Assembly (NCBI GenBank): GCA_964187785.1
Contig: OZ076412.1
Location: 46,934,001-46,998,000, forward strand
Length of the DNA: 64,000 bases
Reading direction: 5' to 3'
Source: Amphiscolops sp. MND2022
Lineage: Eukaryota
Under the pieces are notes generated by a model. It was not told the origin of the DNA, searched no databases, and saw nothing but the letters and a program-made list of their open reading frames with translations. The translations under genes were made by a program, and so were the position numbers. Shown piece by piece: positions 53,227 to 64,000 of the stretch (its first letter is position 1; each line of letters starts with the position of its first letter).

Positions 53227-56200
53227 TCAGTATCTGTATGAGTCAGAATAGTTTGGGTTGGGATTAGGTCGTAAGTTGTATTTTTCACCACGGGTGTTTA
53301 TGGGTTCTTCTTGCAATAGGGTGTTTTGGGAATTTTCTGGGGTTTCTTGAATATCATCATTTGTTGAACTATTTGTGTGTTTTGGGTTTTTTGAGTATTA
53401 TTATCATCATTATTTAATTGTTGTGGAATTTCATCAGCATGATTTTCGTAATTTTGATCTGGTACAGTGGTCTGTTCCACTGGACTCCCCCTATTATTTT
53501 TTGAAGATCCTGGGGAGGGTGGGCGGTTTTCTTCGGGAATTTGTATTGGAATGTATTCTGTATCATCTGTATTTAGTGAATATTCCGGAGGACCATCATC
53601 AAAGGGGTTTGAACCAAAGTTCGTGTTCCATGATTGGGCATATAGATCATCATTTGTTATAGCCATTTGGTCATCTTTTTGCCACTCAGATTCACGAACA
53701 AAAATGTCTGCCAAAGGGGCTTGCGGGGTGAATTTCCGCAAGCGGATTCTGTGTAGCAGTTGCGTTTTGTTTGTACCTGGTCTCCGTACAATGTAATTAT
53801 TGTTAGGGAGAACTTTTTTGACTTTGTATGGACCACACCAACGAAATTCCCGAAATGGAAATTTCGTTGTTTGTGTATCAGCTTTTGGATTGAGAGTATA
53901 ACAGTAATCTGTTGTTTCAAGCGGTGCTGCTTTTGCTTTCCGGTCATAGTATGCCTTATATTTGAGGTACGATTGCATGATGTTCTTCTTAGTTTGGTCT
54001 AGGAGAGTCTTCATGCGTTTCTGAATTTCTTCTGCTACATCAGCTTGTGGTTGGTATTTTGGGTTAGGGTTATATCCCAGTTTATAATCGAGTATATTGT
54101 GTGGTATTCTACCATGGAAGACTCGTGAAGGTTCATAACCGAGTGATGCATGGTATGTTGTGTTGTGATTAAGGACTGCCAATGGGAGATATTTATGCCA
54201 GTTTTTTCTAAATTCTCCTGTTGCGGCTTTTAGGTGTGTTTTGATTGAAGCATGAGTTCTCTCAAGGAGTCCTATCGTTTGAGCATGTTTAATTGTTGCG
54301 TGTTTAAGTTCGATTCCGAGCACTGCTGCGACTTCATGAGTTATTTGTGCATTGAATTGAGTTCCTAGTTCGGTGATTATTGTTGTTGGAAGGTATGTGT
54401 GTTTGCATAATATTTCCATGATAACCCTGGATACTGCTGTTGCGTTAATTCTTGTGACTGGGTAAGCAAATAGGTATCTAGAGAAGACATCTATTGCCGT
54501 GACAATGTGATCGTAGCCTCCACTGGGTGGAAGGTTAGGTAAAATGTCCATTTGTAGAATGTCTTCTGGGCCAAGATCCCATTCTGGACAATTCAGAAGT
54601 TCGGTTCCAAGGAGATCATTGTTGATGCGTTTCGTTTGTATGCATACTTGGCAGTTACTAACCCATTTTTTGATGTATTTTGCTATACATGGGTAGTAGT
54701 ATTTTTGTCTGGCTTCTTGAATCATTTTAGTGATTCCTGGGTTGTTTGAGTTATGGCCATGTAGAGCCTGAAGAAAGTCCTCAAGTAGTTGTATCGGGAG
54801 GAGGATTTGGATTAGGGAGATGGTTCCTGTGTCTGAATAGTATTTACGTGTGAGAACTTCTTGCTTAATCTCTATTCGCGTTATGTTCTGTAGGTAATGT
54901 TGGTATCTGAAATATGATGCTATTTCATTTTCGTCAAACCGGTGACCTTCTATTTTTGCTCTCAGGTTTCTTAAAACTATGTCATTCTTCTGCTCAAGGC
55001 GAATTCTAGCATTGTCCCTGAAGTGACCTGAGGAGCAGGAGATCAGACCGGGTGTAGGTTTGTGAAATTGTTGTAACTCAGAGACATCATTCTCTGGATC
55101 ATTGTGGGTTTCGATTTGTGCTTGATTGCGAATGTTTTGTTTTTCTTCCCATAATTGATTTTCGTCAATTTCTTCATCGGGAAGGATGTAAATGTGTTCT
55201 TCTTCAACAATGCCTGTTGATTGGATATTGACTTCGAATGCTTTCGTGTGGATGTCATTACGAATGGTCATTTCTGGTTTTTCAGTTGGGTCAACTTCTG
55301 TTCTAGATAAGAAATCGGCAGCGGTATTCATTGATCCAGCAACATGGGCGATTACAAAATTGTATTGCAAGACATGATCGCAGGCATTCCAAAGTGCTGG
55401 AGGGATCATTTTTGTTCGAAAAAAGCGGGTCACTGAACGGTTGTCTGTAAACACAATTACTGGCAAGGTGCTTCCCCACATGAGGTGTCCAAATTCAACA
55501 AATGCAAAATAGATGGAAAGAAATTCTTTTGCATAAATTGACATTTTCGTCTGTGTTGGGTTGAAGGTTTTTGAACCAAACGCAATGTGTGCAAATGTTT
55601 TACGTCTGGATTGGAGTTTTTGGTTTGGGTCGTCTTCAATCATGATTGCATATCCTGCTGCAGTGAAGCTTGCATCGGATATGACTATAAGTTGTTTGTT
55701 TTTCAATGGTTGTTTTAGAGCTAATTGACATGAATTTTCCAGGAGTTTGTTGAGGTTTGAGAAGTCTTCTACCAAGTTTGTTGGTACGTAGAATTTAGAA
55801 GTTTTTTGAGGATGTTGAAGAACGGAGAGAGTCGTTCGGAAAGGCGTGGTATATAGTTTCGGTAATAGTTTAGGAATCCGATATACCTTTGTAGCGCCTT
55901 TTTTGATTTGGGAAAACGGAGTTTTGAGAGGAAATCTTTGACTTTGTCGGCTTGGGGAGCTACACCCTCTGGTGTGATGGTGCGACCCAGAAAGTCAACT
56001 TGTTTGACTCCGAAATGACACTTTGACATTGCGAGTTTTAGTTTTGCATTTCGGATACATTCGAAGACAGTTTTGATAATGGCACACAATTGTTTTGCGT
56101 CGTTTGCGACTATGCCGATGTCATCGACATATTGGGCACATTTGTCTGCTTTTATTGCTTTATCGAGAGATTCTCGCATAAAACTTAAAATGCAGAAAGT

Positions 56201-58112
56201 GATCTGCTGAGACCCTGGGCAAGGCGACGATAAGCAAATGTTCCGCTTGCAAAATTGAAAGCGAGCATTTGAATGGATTGGTAATCAGCCATTTGGAGGC
56301 AGTGGTAAGCCTGGGAGCAATCCAAATTGCAGAAAAGTTTTTTCCCTGCCATATGTTGGGCTGCATCGGATAGAGTGCTTACCGGGTGGTTGTTGTTTAC
56401 GTAGTCTTCCGTGATCAGGTTATTGATTTTTCTGAGATCAACGAGGAGTCTTAGGCGCCCGTTTGGTTTGCGTTGTGCAAAAATTGGGCTAGCATATTTC
56501 GAATTGGTAAAGTTGTAATGATACCATACTTATGTAGCAGTGCAAGTTCTACAGTGATATCATCTTTGAGGTTGATGGGGGTTGGTAGACTTTGACTATA
56601 AGCAGGTCTGTCATCATTTGGCTTTAGTTTAACTTTGAATTCACGATTTATGCCTATATCGAAACGATGTCTGGCAAAAATGTCGTGAAATTCAATCAGA
56701 ATCTCTTGAATTTCATATCGTTCGTCTGAGCTGAGCGTTGTGTCGGTCCAGTCGAAATTTGATAGGAATGTTTTCCTGGACGTGTCGTTGTCATTTGGGT
56801 TGAGTTTCTCGAGTTCTTGTAATTCAAGAAGCTCTTTGTAGATACGTTGTTGAATTGCGGTATAAGTCTAAGGGTCACCTGGTTCTTCAGGAGTAGGGAA
56901 CCAGTATTTTTCCTGTTCTGAATTTTGTTGTGGTACTTTGAGAAGTTCATTTATGTAGACTTCTGTTGTTTCTTCATGTTGTATCATGAAAGATAGCAAT
57001 GCTGGGTCTACTGGTTGTATGTGTTTGATTTGTTCTGGGGTTAAAATCTTGAAGTCCGCTAGATGTGTGTTCATTGTGATTGTGTAAGGTAATTCAGAGA
57101 AATTGATGTCTTGGTACCCAATAGCATTATTATTGACAGTGCTGAGTGACGCTGTGATGAAAATGCTATCGTGGTTTTCAAATTGTTGTGATGGGGTTTC
57201 TATTCCGGTGGCGTCGTGATCCACCAAATGGGGCATTTTGCTTGCATTGGCAAGTGTTTCGCCTGGTTGTAGTGTATATGTATTTTCTGCGAACAAGGGC
57301 GTTGCTTGTCGTATTGCTGTTTGTGTATCTGGTTTAAGTTGCATTGATAGATAAGGAAAAGTTAAGATGCCTTGTGTGACATCGAAGATTGCGTTGTTTC
57401 GACGAAGCAAACACAATCCTAATAATGGGTTCGGTTGATTTTTCATGATGATGAAGTTTTCTTTTAACATGAAATCGGCCACTTCAAATTCTAGTAGTAC
57501 AGTGCCAATGGGAACCTCTAATTGTCCGTTTGCCACCATGATTTGGAAGTTAGGTGGAGGACCAGTTTCTTTTATTGCTTCGTTGGCTAACAACTTGATT
57601 TTGTTGAGGTCTTGTTCAGAGATTGCACTTGTAAGAGCTCCTGTGTCGATAAGACCATCAAGCGTGAGTTTCTCGAAGTCCATTGGGATGTAGTACATGT
57701 GGCGTTTTCGTTTCAATGTCAAGGAGGTTGAGATTGGAAGATATGACAAGTTTCGTTCCTTGTCAAATTGTATATATTCAGTGAGGTCTTCATTCAAAAG
57801 AGGTTGTTTCTCATCATTGCAAGAAGTTTGTATCGTAACGTGGTGTTTTGTTGTGTGTTGAATTTCTGAGTCTTGGTCGGGTTCAGGGTTGTTTGGTGGT
57901 TGAAGGAAATAGTTGTCTGGTGCATCATGTAAGAGTTCATATAAGTCTTCGTGTTGAGGTTCTGGTGATTGTTGTGGAGAGTTTTCTGTTGTGAAGTCAG
58001 TTTTGAAGGTTAGTGTTTTTGTGGTTTTTGGGCTCAGCGGATGCTGCCAGTCATCTGCTGAGTTTTGTTTTTGTGGGGATTTTGTGTAAATGCGTGGCGA
58101 TTCTAGTTAAAA
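53227..58112 (-). pseudogene. pol: Element B pol (PR-RT-RH-IN), disrupted
   Basis: LIDTGALTS, YVDDIGI, SDASFTAAGY, DILPNL, ERTH and WCGPYKV. Ends ...PNPNPNYSDSYRY as in element A. Several frameshifts. Confidence 0.95.
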
Positions 58113-59776
58113 TCTTTCGACGAGGATTGTTGTTGTCGTTCCATTTTTGGTTTGACGAGTTTTTTGGCTTGTTTGTATTCTTCTATGACTTTCTTTTGTG
58201 TCTCCGTTAGTGTCCATTTTGGCGGACGTTTTCCGCATTGGCATCGAAATAACAGTTTTCTTCATCATGACCTGGGGTTTCGCAATTGTGACATTTTTCG
58301 GCATCCGGATTTTCCTCAAGTTTACGCCGTTTGGCTAGTTTAGGACAGTCCGACATCATGTGGCCTGTCTCTTCACAGTAACGGCATTGGTCACTGGTAA
58401 CGGCATCTGGTACTGTTTTTGGGGTTTGTTTTTTAGTTTTGTCATTTTGTTTTTTGTTGGATTTGTCGGTTTTTTCTTCCTTTTTGGTAGCTGTCATTTG
58501 GGTTTTGACGAGCGGATCGTCTGCCTCTAGACCGTTAAGTTCCATCTCTCGTTCAAGATGTTTGACTATTTGATCGTATGTCCCATTCTCAAGGTAGGCT
58601 TGATTAATGGACTTTTTAAGGTAGGGAGGCATTTTTGCATAGAGCAAGTTCTCTATCATGTGGTGAGCGTTATCTCCGAACGCTTTCTTTGCACTTTCTT
58701 GGAGTTCTTCTAAGAAATCCGGAAGTTTCTGGTTTTCTGGATCGAATGAGAGTCTGTTAAATCTGTGTTTTGCAGAAGCGCTAGACTCCGGTTTTACATA
58801 TTTCCTGCGGAAGACTTTTAGTATGTCTTCTAAGGTTGTTGTTGGTGTTCTTTGTATGTTTTTAAATGTTTTGAGGGCCAAACCTCTAAGATGGGCGTGA
58901 AAATGGTTAATTTTCATGTCCTCTGTTAGGTTTGGTTGCATTCGAAGTGTTGTATGAACGAAATCTTCAAAGTATTCAAATTTTTCGTTTTTCTCGTTTT
59001 TTCCATTGAAGGTGAGTGTATTTTTGGGATGGAATAGTGATTGTGGGGAATTTTTGTTTGCCAGTTTTTCTATGGCAAGTGCGATCTGGTTAACTGGGTC
59101 AGTGGTTTTGCTGTCAAGTTTGACAAGTTGTGGTCTGCGTGGGATCCAGTTGTGTCGTTTAAGTTTTGGGAACTTTGTCTATGGAGTTGTCGGTGGGCTC
59201 CTGTCACCATGTGATAATCCTCCACTTCAGAGTCTTCATTTGAAACTATTGTTTCATCTAATTCGAATCTATTTTGACAAAATGGTTTTGCTGGATTCCT
59301 AGTTCATGCATATTTGATGCTCTGATAGGGTGACTATCTTCATTTTCAGAGTCTGAGTTATCATTTACTGATGCGTGAACTCCTATAGACCTATCTCTGG
59401 ATCCCGATGGTTGAGTGATTTGTGTTTGATTTGTGTCTGACCTCGGGCTTTTTTACTGTCGATATGCTTTTGTTAGTTTTTATCTCTCTTAGAATCGCTT
59501 CTAATTTGTTTTCCATTTCTTCTCGCATCTTTTCAATTCTATCATTACTCTTTTGTTCCATTATTTGGGTCCAAACTTGTATCTCATTGCTAACTTGGCT
59601 GGTTTCATTCAACATGTTCTCAGAGTTGTTTTCACCTAAATTACTTTGAATAACTGTATTAATATTAGTTAAGGTCACATTACCTGAAATTGGTGTCTCT
59701 GTCTGATTCCTCTCTATCTCCCTCTCTGGGATGGAGTTTCTAGCCTTCTAGATCGTCCATTTCTTTTGTTTCCCAT
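58103..59776 (-). pseudogene. gag: Element B gag, starting inside the 5' LTR (MGNKRNGRSRR), disrupted
   Basis: Core is nearly identical to element A gag (KINHFHAHLRGLALKTFKNIQRTP...). Knuckles CRYCEETGHMMSDC and CHNCETPGHDEENC. Confidence 0.9.
59199..59209 (-). promoter_or_regulatory. PBS of element B (TGGTGACAGGA)
   Basis: Abuts the LTR-terminal CA; identical to the element A PBS. Confidence 0.8.
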
Positions 59777-60674
59777 CTTTTCTCAGTTGAAAACGAATTG
59801 CAGTAATTGGGGAAGAATTTGTATTGATCCTTTTATTTGGCAAAACCAAATTGGAAATGGAAAATGATTGGAGAAGTGAAAATTTACAGAAGAGAATTGT
59901 TGATTTTAAAGTGACTGCACTTTAGTAGGGTTGAAAAAGTTGTGTGTTTCAAGTTACCCTAGTTGTCTATAACAATCATGACATCCTTTTCTATGGGCAT
60001 CACCCTCTGGGAACGTATAAATAGAATTACATCAATCTATTTATAGTACAAAGCCCCTAGAGGAATGACAATCAAATGCCTAACAATAAGGTCTAGGAAA
60101 CCCTAGAAGAGAGTATGAAATTACTTAAAAATGGTATTTGCATGACTAATCAACGCTAAAATTTACTACAGCATCATTTGGACAACAATACTGCTAAAAC
60201 AGCATGATGACTAGTATACATTATACATCAAAACGCATGTTACCGCATGCAAGCACTTATGCGGAAATACCGCATTCTGACGTATATACATTTCCACTCG
60301 AAACGTATGTTGACGCATAAACGTACTATCTTGAAATGTATGTTACCGCACAATGATCAAGACATATTGTTTCCAAATGAGATTGTGAGTCACATATTAT
60401 ATAAATCTCAACTTCATGACTCATCAACTTGATTAACGAACATGGAAAACTAAATCCCAATACAATCTAATATGTATTAAGTCATCTGAAAGAACAAAAT
60501 CAACAGAACTAACAATTTTACCAGAAATAGCATATTTACATGACATCAATAAAACAAATGCAAAACATACATAACATATCATAAAACCAGTTTCAAAGTT
60601 TCACATTATTTCTAGTCCTCATTCACCTTTTCAAAGTTGCACTCCGGATCCCATGCAGGTGCTGGGCTGCAACA
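59210..60674 (-). repeat. 5' LTR of element B (about 1.47 kb)
   Basis: Direct repeat of 34669-36151. Confidence 0.95.
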
Positions 60675-62039
60675 ACTTCAAACACAAATGCTAGCAAAAG
60701 GCACAATCATTTCAATTTTTGCAGCTTCTCTTATTTTGTTACGAGTTTCAATCAAGAAAAAAATCTAGTTTTCAACCAATTTGTTGACTACTTTGCACAC
60801 ATAGACTATTTGTTTAATTCATTTTGCAGTGTCTGCAGTTACAAAGAATAAGGTTATGCAAGCGAAAACGTTGAAATTTTTGAGTTGAATATTCTTTGAA
60901 TTTTTGGATGTTGCTCTGAACATCTGTAAAGAAAACCTAATAATTACCTGAACAAATAGCCTTGCATCGAGGAAGTTTTATCCATGAATTATTCTCTATG
61001 AAACTCCCAAAATCATGCAAAAAGTGTTTGGCAACCTTAATGAACATATAAAATTCCCCAGCAGATTCAACTAGGGCGGCAAACTGTTCAAAAAGTGGAC
61101 CGGTAGATGTGACCTCTGTGGTCCGGAGAACATTTTCTATGAGATGCGCTTTTAAATGGCATGCAAAATTTTTGCAGCAGGTTTGATTACTAAATGAACC
61201 CAAGAAAAACCGAACGCACAAATTATTCACTCTTCAAAATTTAAATATTTGGAAATTAAAAAAATTTTAATCTCTGACATTCTTTGTCAAGCATTCTCTC
61301 AAGTATTCAAATATTCAACAAAAAGCTTCCAGAAAAAGTCTAGATCTCTAGATACCAACCTTTTCGATCACACTTCTCATTTATGAAAGTTCTTTTGCTT
61401 CGAAGAAAAGTTTTCAAAGTAAATGACTGACAAGCTGAATAGCAATGTTCTGAATTCCTTTGAAACATCTGTTGAAACATTCTTTGAAACTTTGCGAAAT
61501 TTGCATGCGTTTTTCGTTTTTCATGGTTCACCTAGAACGGTTTCATCAGTTTTTAAACGGTTTATAGGCAATTGTTCGGTTAGAAATGCTTATTTTTTGG
61601 GTACCAATTTGATAATGCGTAAACTGTCCCGAAAACGGAACGCCTAAAATTCTCTGGATTTGATTGTTTGCCAACAAGCGACTGGAAGTTCATCACATTT
61701 CGCTCTCAGTCTATCGGAATTGATTGCTCAATTCGTTGCAAACATTCATTTTTTGACGTTTCAAGGGTTCTTAGAATGTCTTATGAGTCGAAAGTTACAG
61801 CCTGTTCCTTCTCATTCTTGATGTGGAAAGTTCATTCAATTCGAACACGAGTTATCCCATCGAATTATTGACAATGAGAAAACTGATATTGCTTAGAATA
61901 AAATGAAACTTGATTCACAGCTCGAAAAATTTGGAAAGTTTAATTTTTAAGGACATCTAGTATTGGTATAGTATATGACATTTTACTTCTAAACTCTTTG
62001 GCTATCAGTCAGCTACATCATTCATCAGTACATTTGAAT

Positions 62040-62400
62040 GGAATTGCAAAAAAATCTAATTACAACTCCTGAAAAACAGCTCAATTGGGCTATAAAAGCC
62101 TGCTTCAATAGAGTAAAAATACAACCAGCTCACGACCTTAGAATAAGATACAATGTTTTACCAGTACGATATCTTTCAGACATCAAATCCATAGACTTTT
62201 TTTCGAAATGGAAACACAACCTACTACCAGCTTTTTCAATGCTGAAAAAACCAACTCATATAAAATTGAAAGGACTTCTAATCTTGTATACACTGCGTTT
62301 ACAAAACATGAGCTTTTGAGAAATAACATCTTTTGCAGAGTAGTGCCCTTGTCGAACACCATCCTGCAGAAATACACAGATAGTGCTCAAAGTCATGTAA
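62040..62400 (+). pseudogene. Probable 3' fragment of a CR1/L2-type non-LTR retrotransposon ORF2
   Basis: ...NNIFCRVVPLSNT resembles the F..RV...WN.LP C-terminal signature of CR1/L2 ORF2. It is preceded by the helical segment QLNWAIKACFNR. Confidence 0.4.
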
Positions 62401-62705
62401 ATATGAAAAGAAAAATGACACAACACTTCCACCGGAAGTTCATTGATCAAGCAGATTGGCCTCAATTTGTTCATTACGACGCATAACCCTACACTTTTTG
62501 TGCAGCTCAAAGTTGAGCCGTTTGAGCAGTGGAATCCTGGGCCAAGCTTTAAAACATGCCAACCGCAAAGAGCGAAATTCGCCGCGTGGAATTCAGGGAC
62601 AAATACCGCAGTGTATAATCTCTCGCGATTTCAGTTGACGATAAGGCAAAATCGCGGAATCCGTTGCATTGGTCAGCTCGAAATCGTGGAATCCACTGCT
62701 TCCAC

Positions 62706-62878
62706 GTTGGGGTGAGTATCGCTTCAAATAGGAAACGGACAGCTATCCTATTTTTAGTCGGCGCTTCATGATGTGAAACGCGACTATTCACCCAAGTTGG
62801 GGTGAGTATCGCTTCAAATAGGAAACGGACAGCTATCCTATTTTTAGTCGGCGCTTCATGATGTGAAACGCGACTATT
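62706..62878. repeat. Exact tandem duplication, 90-bp period
   Basis: GTTGGGGTGAGTATCGC...CGCGACTATT occurs at 62706 and again at 62796. Confidence 0.95.
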
Positions 62879-63011
62879 ATAGTGACTCTTTTTTTCTATC
62901 CACACCAACTGACGAAACTAGTTCTTAAAAGTTTTACAAAATATTATTGCACCAAATTGCACCATTTGGCCTAGCGAACTGAGCCATAAAGGTTTTTCCT
63001 GTTTTTCCGGG

Positions 63012-63621
63012 TAACATGCCATACCGGGCGAGACTAAAGGGTCCCCCTTTCAATTTTTTTCGGCACTGCGAGACTTTTTTTGGAAAATTTTTTCCCCAAA
63101 GGCCCCCTTCAATTTTTTTGCTGTTTTGCGTCAGAATTGATGTTGGAAAATCCCAAAGGCCCCCCTTTCAGTTTTTTGCGGCACTGTGAGAATTTTTTCC
63201 GAAAATAAATATTTTCTCCCCTTCAACTTTTCGATGTTTTGCGACAGAATGGATGTTGAAAAACCCCAAAAGGTCCCTTTCAGTTTTTCGGCATTAGGAG
63301 ACTTTTTTTTCTAAACTTTTTTCTCTCCAAAGGGTCCCCCTTCAATGTCTTTGATATTTTACAACAGATTGGGTGTTTAAAAAGCCCAAATGGTTCCCCT
63401 TTCAGTTTTTGGCATTTCTCCCTTCAACTGCGATAAAATGTTGACAATTTCGGAAAAGTGTCCCCCTTTTAGCGCCCCAGGGACTCGCGCTAGCGGGCCC
63501 CGGCGCGCCACTCGGTCCATGTTTTTCGATTTTCGAGTACTGTAAATTGACACTTGGAAGTCCTTTTGCTATTTTTGAGCCTTGGATATGGCGCCGACTT
63601 GGGCCGGTCCCAGCTTGTTTG
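63012..63621 (-). mobile_element. Non-autonomous repeat with internal degenerate subrepeats (AAAGG(GT)CCCCCTT), possibly Helentron/DINE-like
   Basis: Five to six subrepeats and a GC-rich core; minus-strand start AACAAGC. The terminal motif CAAGTCGGCGCC also occurs at about 1508, suggesting a dispersed family. Confidence 0.4.
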
Positions 63622-64000
63622 AAACTACTGTTTGCTGTAATTTGTCCCTGTTGTGCTGTCTTCTTTTTGTAAAACTAAATTTTTACTATTTTTAGGTACA
63701 TCACCTCTTGTAAATGAAAAATTATTTTAAATTTTATTTAACAAGGGGAATCTAGTGTTTTTCTTCTTTTTATAGTGCTGTACTTCCGAATATTGAATTA
63801 GTGAAACATGCAAAGTTTTTGAGGCACTCTTTTGCTAACGAAAATTTGAAATCAATAAATTTTTTCACAGCTTTAATCAATTGACAAATATTTCTGAGTC
63901 AAAACCCTTTCAAATTTTGAAATCAAACAAAAATATTTAAAAAAAAAGATCACTTCGTTTGTTTTACTTTTTAACTTTTCAGAATTTTTCATGCAAACAT

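Larger units (their letters stand above)
34669..60674 (-). mobile_element. Element B: Ty3/Gypsy LTR retrotransposon of the same architecture as A, carrying a nested BEL/Pao element
   Basis: LTRs at 59210-60674 and 34669-36151 (TG...CA); TSD ACTTC (34664-34668, 60675-60679); PBS at 59209-59199; gag and pol closely similar to element A. Confidence 0.97.

Overview
AT-rich eukaryotic DNA; about two thirds of it is LTR retrotransposons. I recognised no host gene, RNA gene or CRISPR array. Two related, unusually large Ty3/Gypsy elements lie tail-to-tail, 510 bp apart. Element A spans 17523-34158 (+, 16.6 kb, TSD AGTGA). Element B spans 34669-60674 (-, TSD ACTTC, about 15.8 kb without a nested BEL/Pao element at 36558-46766). 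Both share one architecture: LTR (encoding the Gag N-terminus), PBS, gag, -1 frameshift, pol, an ANTISENSE six-exon gene of about 1,060-1,100 aa, a divergent promoter region, a sense ORF3 of unknown function, and a 3' LTR that holds the ORF3 stop codon. I reconstructed the antisense gene by hand in both elements. All five GT-AG introns match in position and phase, although the sampled exons are only about 30-57% identical. The protein has a zinc finger and looks like a catalytically dead hAT transposase (inference). Both elements also carry repeats built on a CCGCAT/ATGCGG core in the LTR, the promoter region and one cargo intron, with element-specific flanks. This suggests an element-encoded, sequence-specific regulatory or anti-silencing system (hypothesis). 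Both copies are decayed by stops and frameshifts. Also present: a truncated BEL/Pao remnant (about 5.9-10.4 kb), two abutting long palindromes (16563-16919), and small LINE and non-autonomous repeat fragments near the right end. Coordinates were counted by eye and may be off by a few bases.
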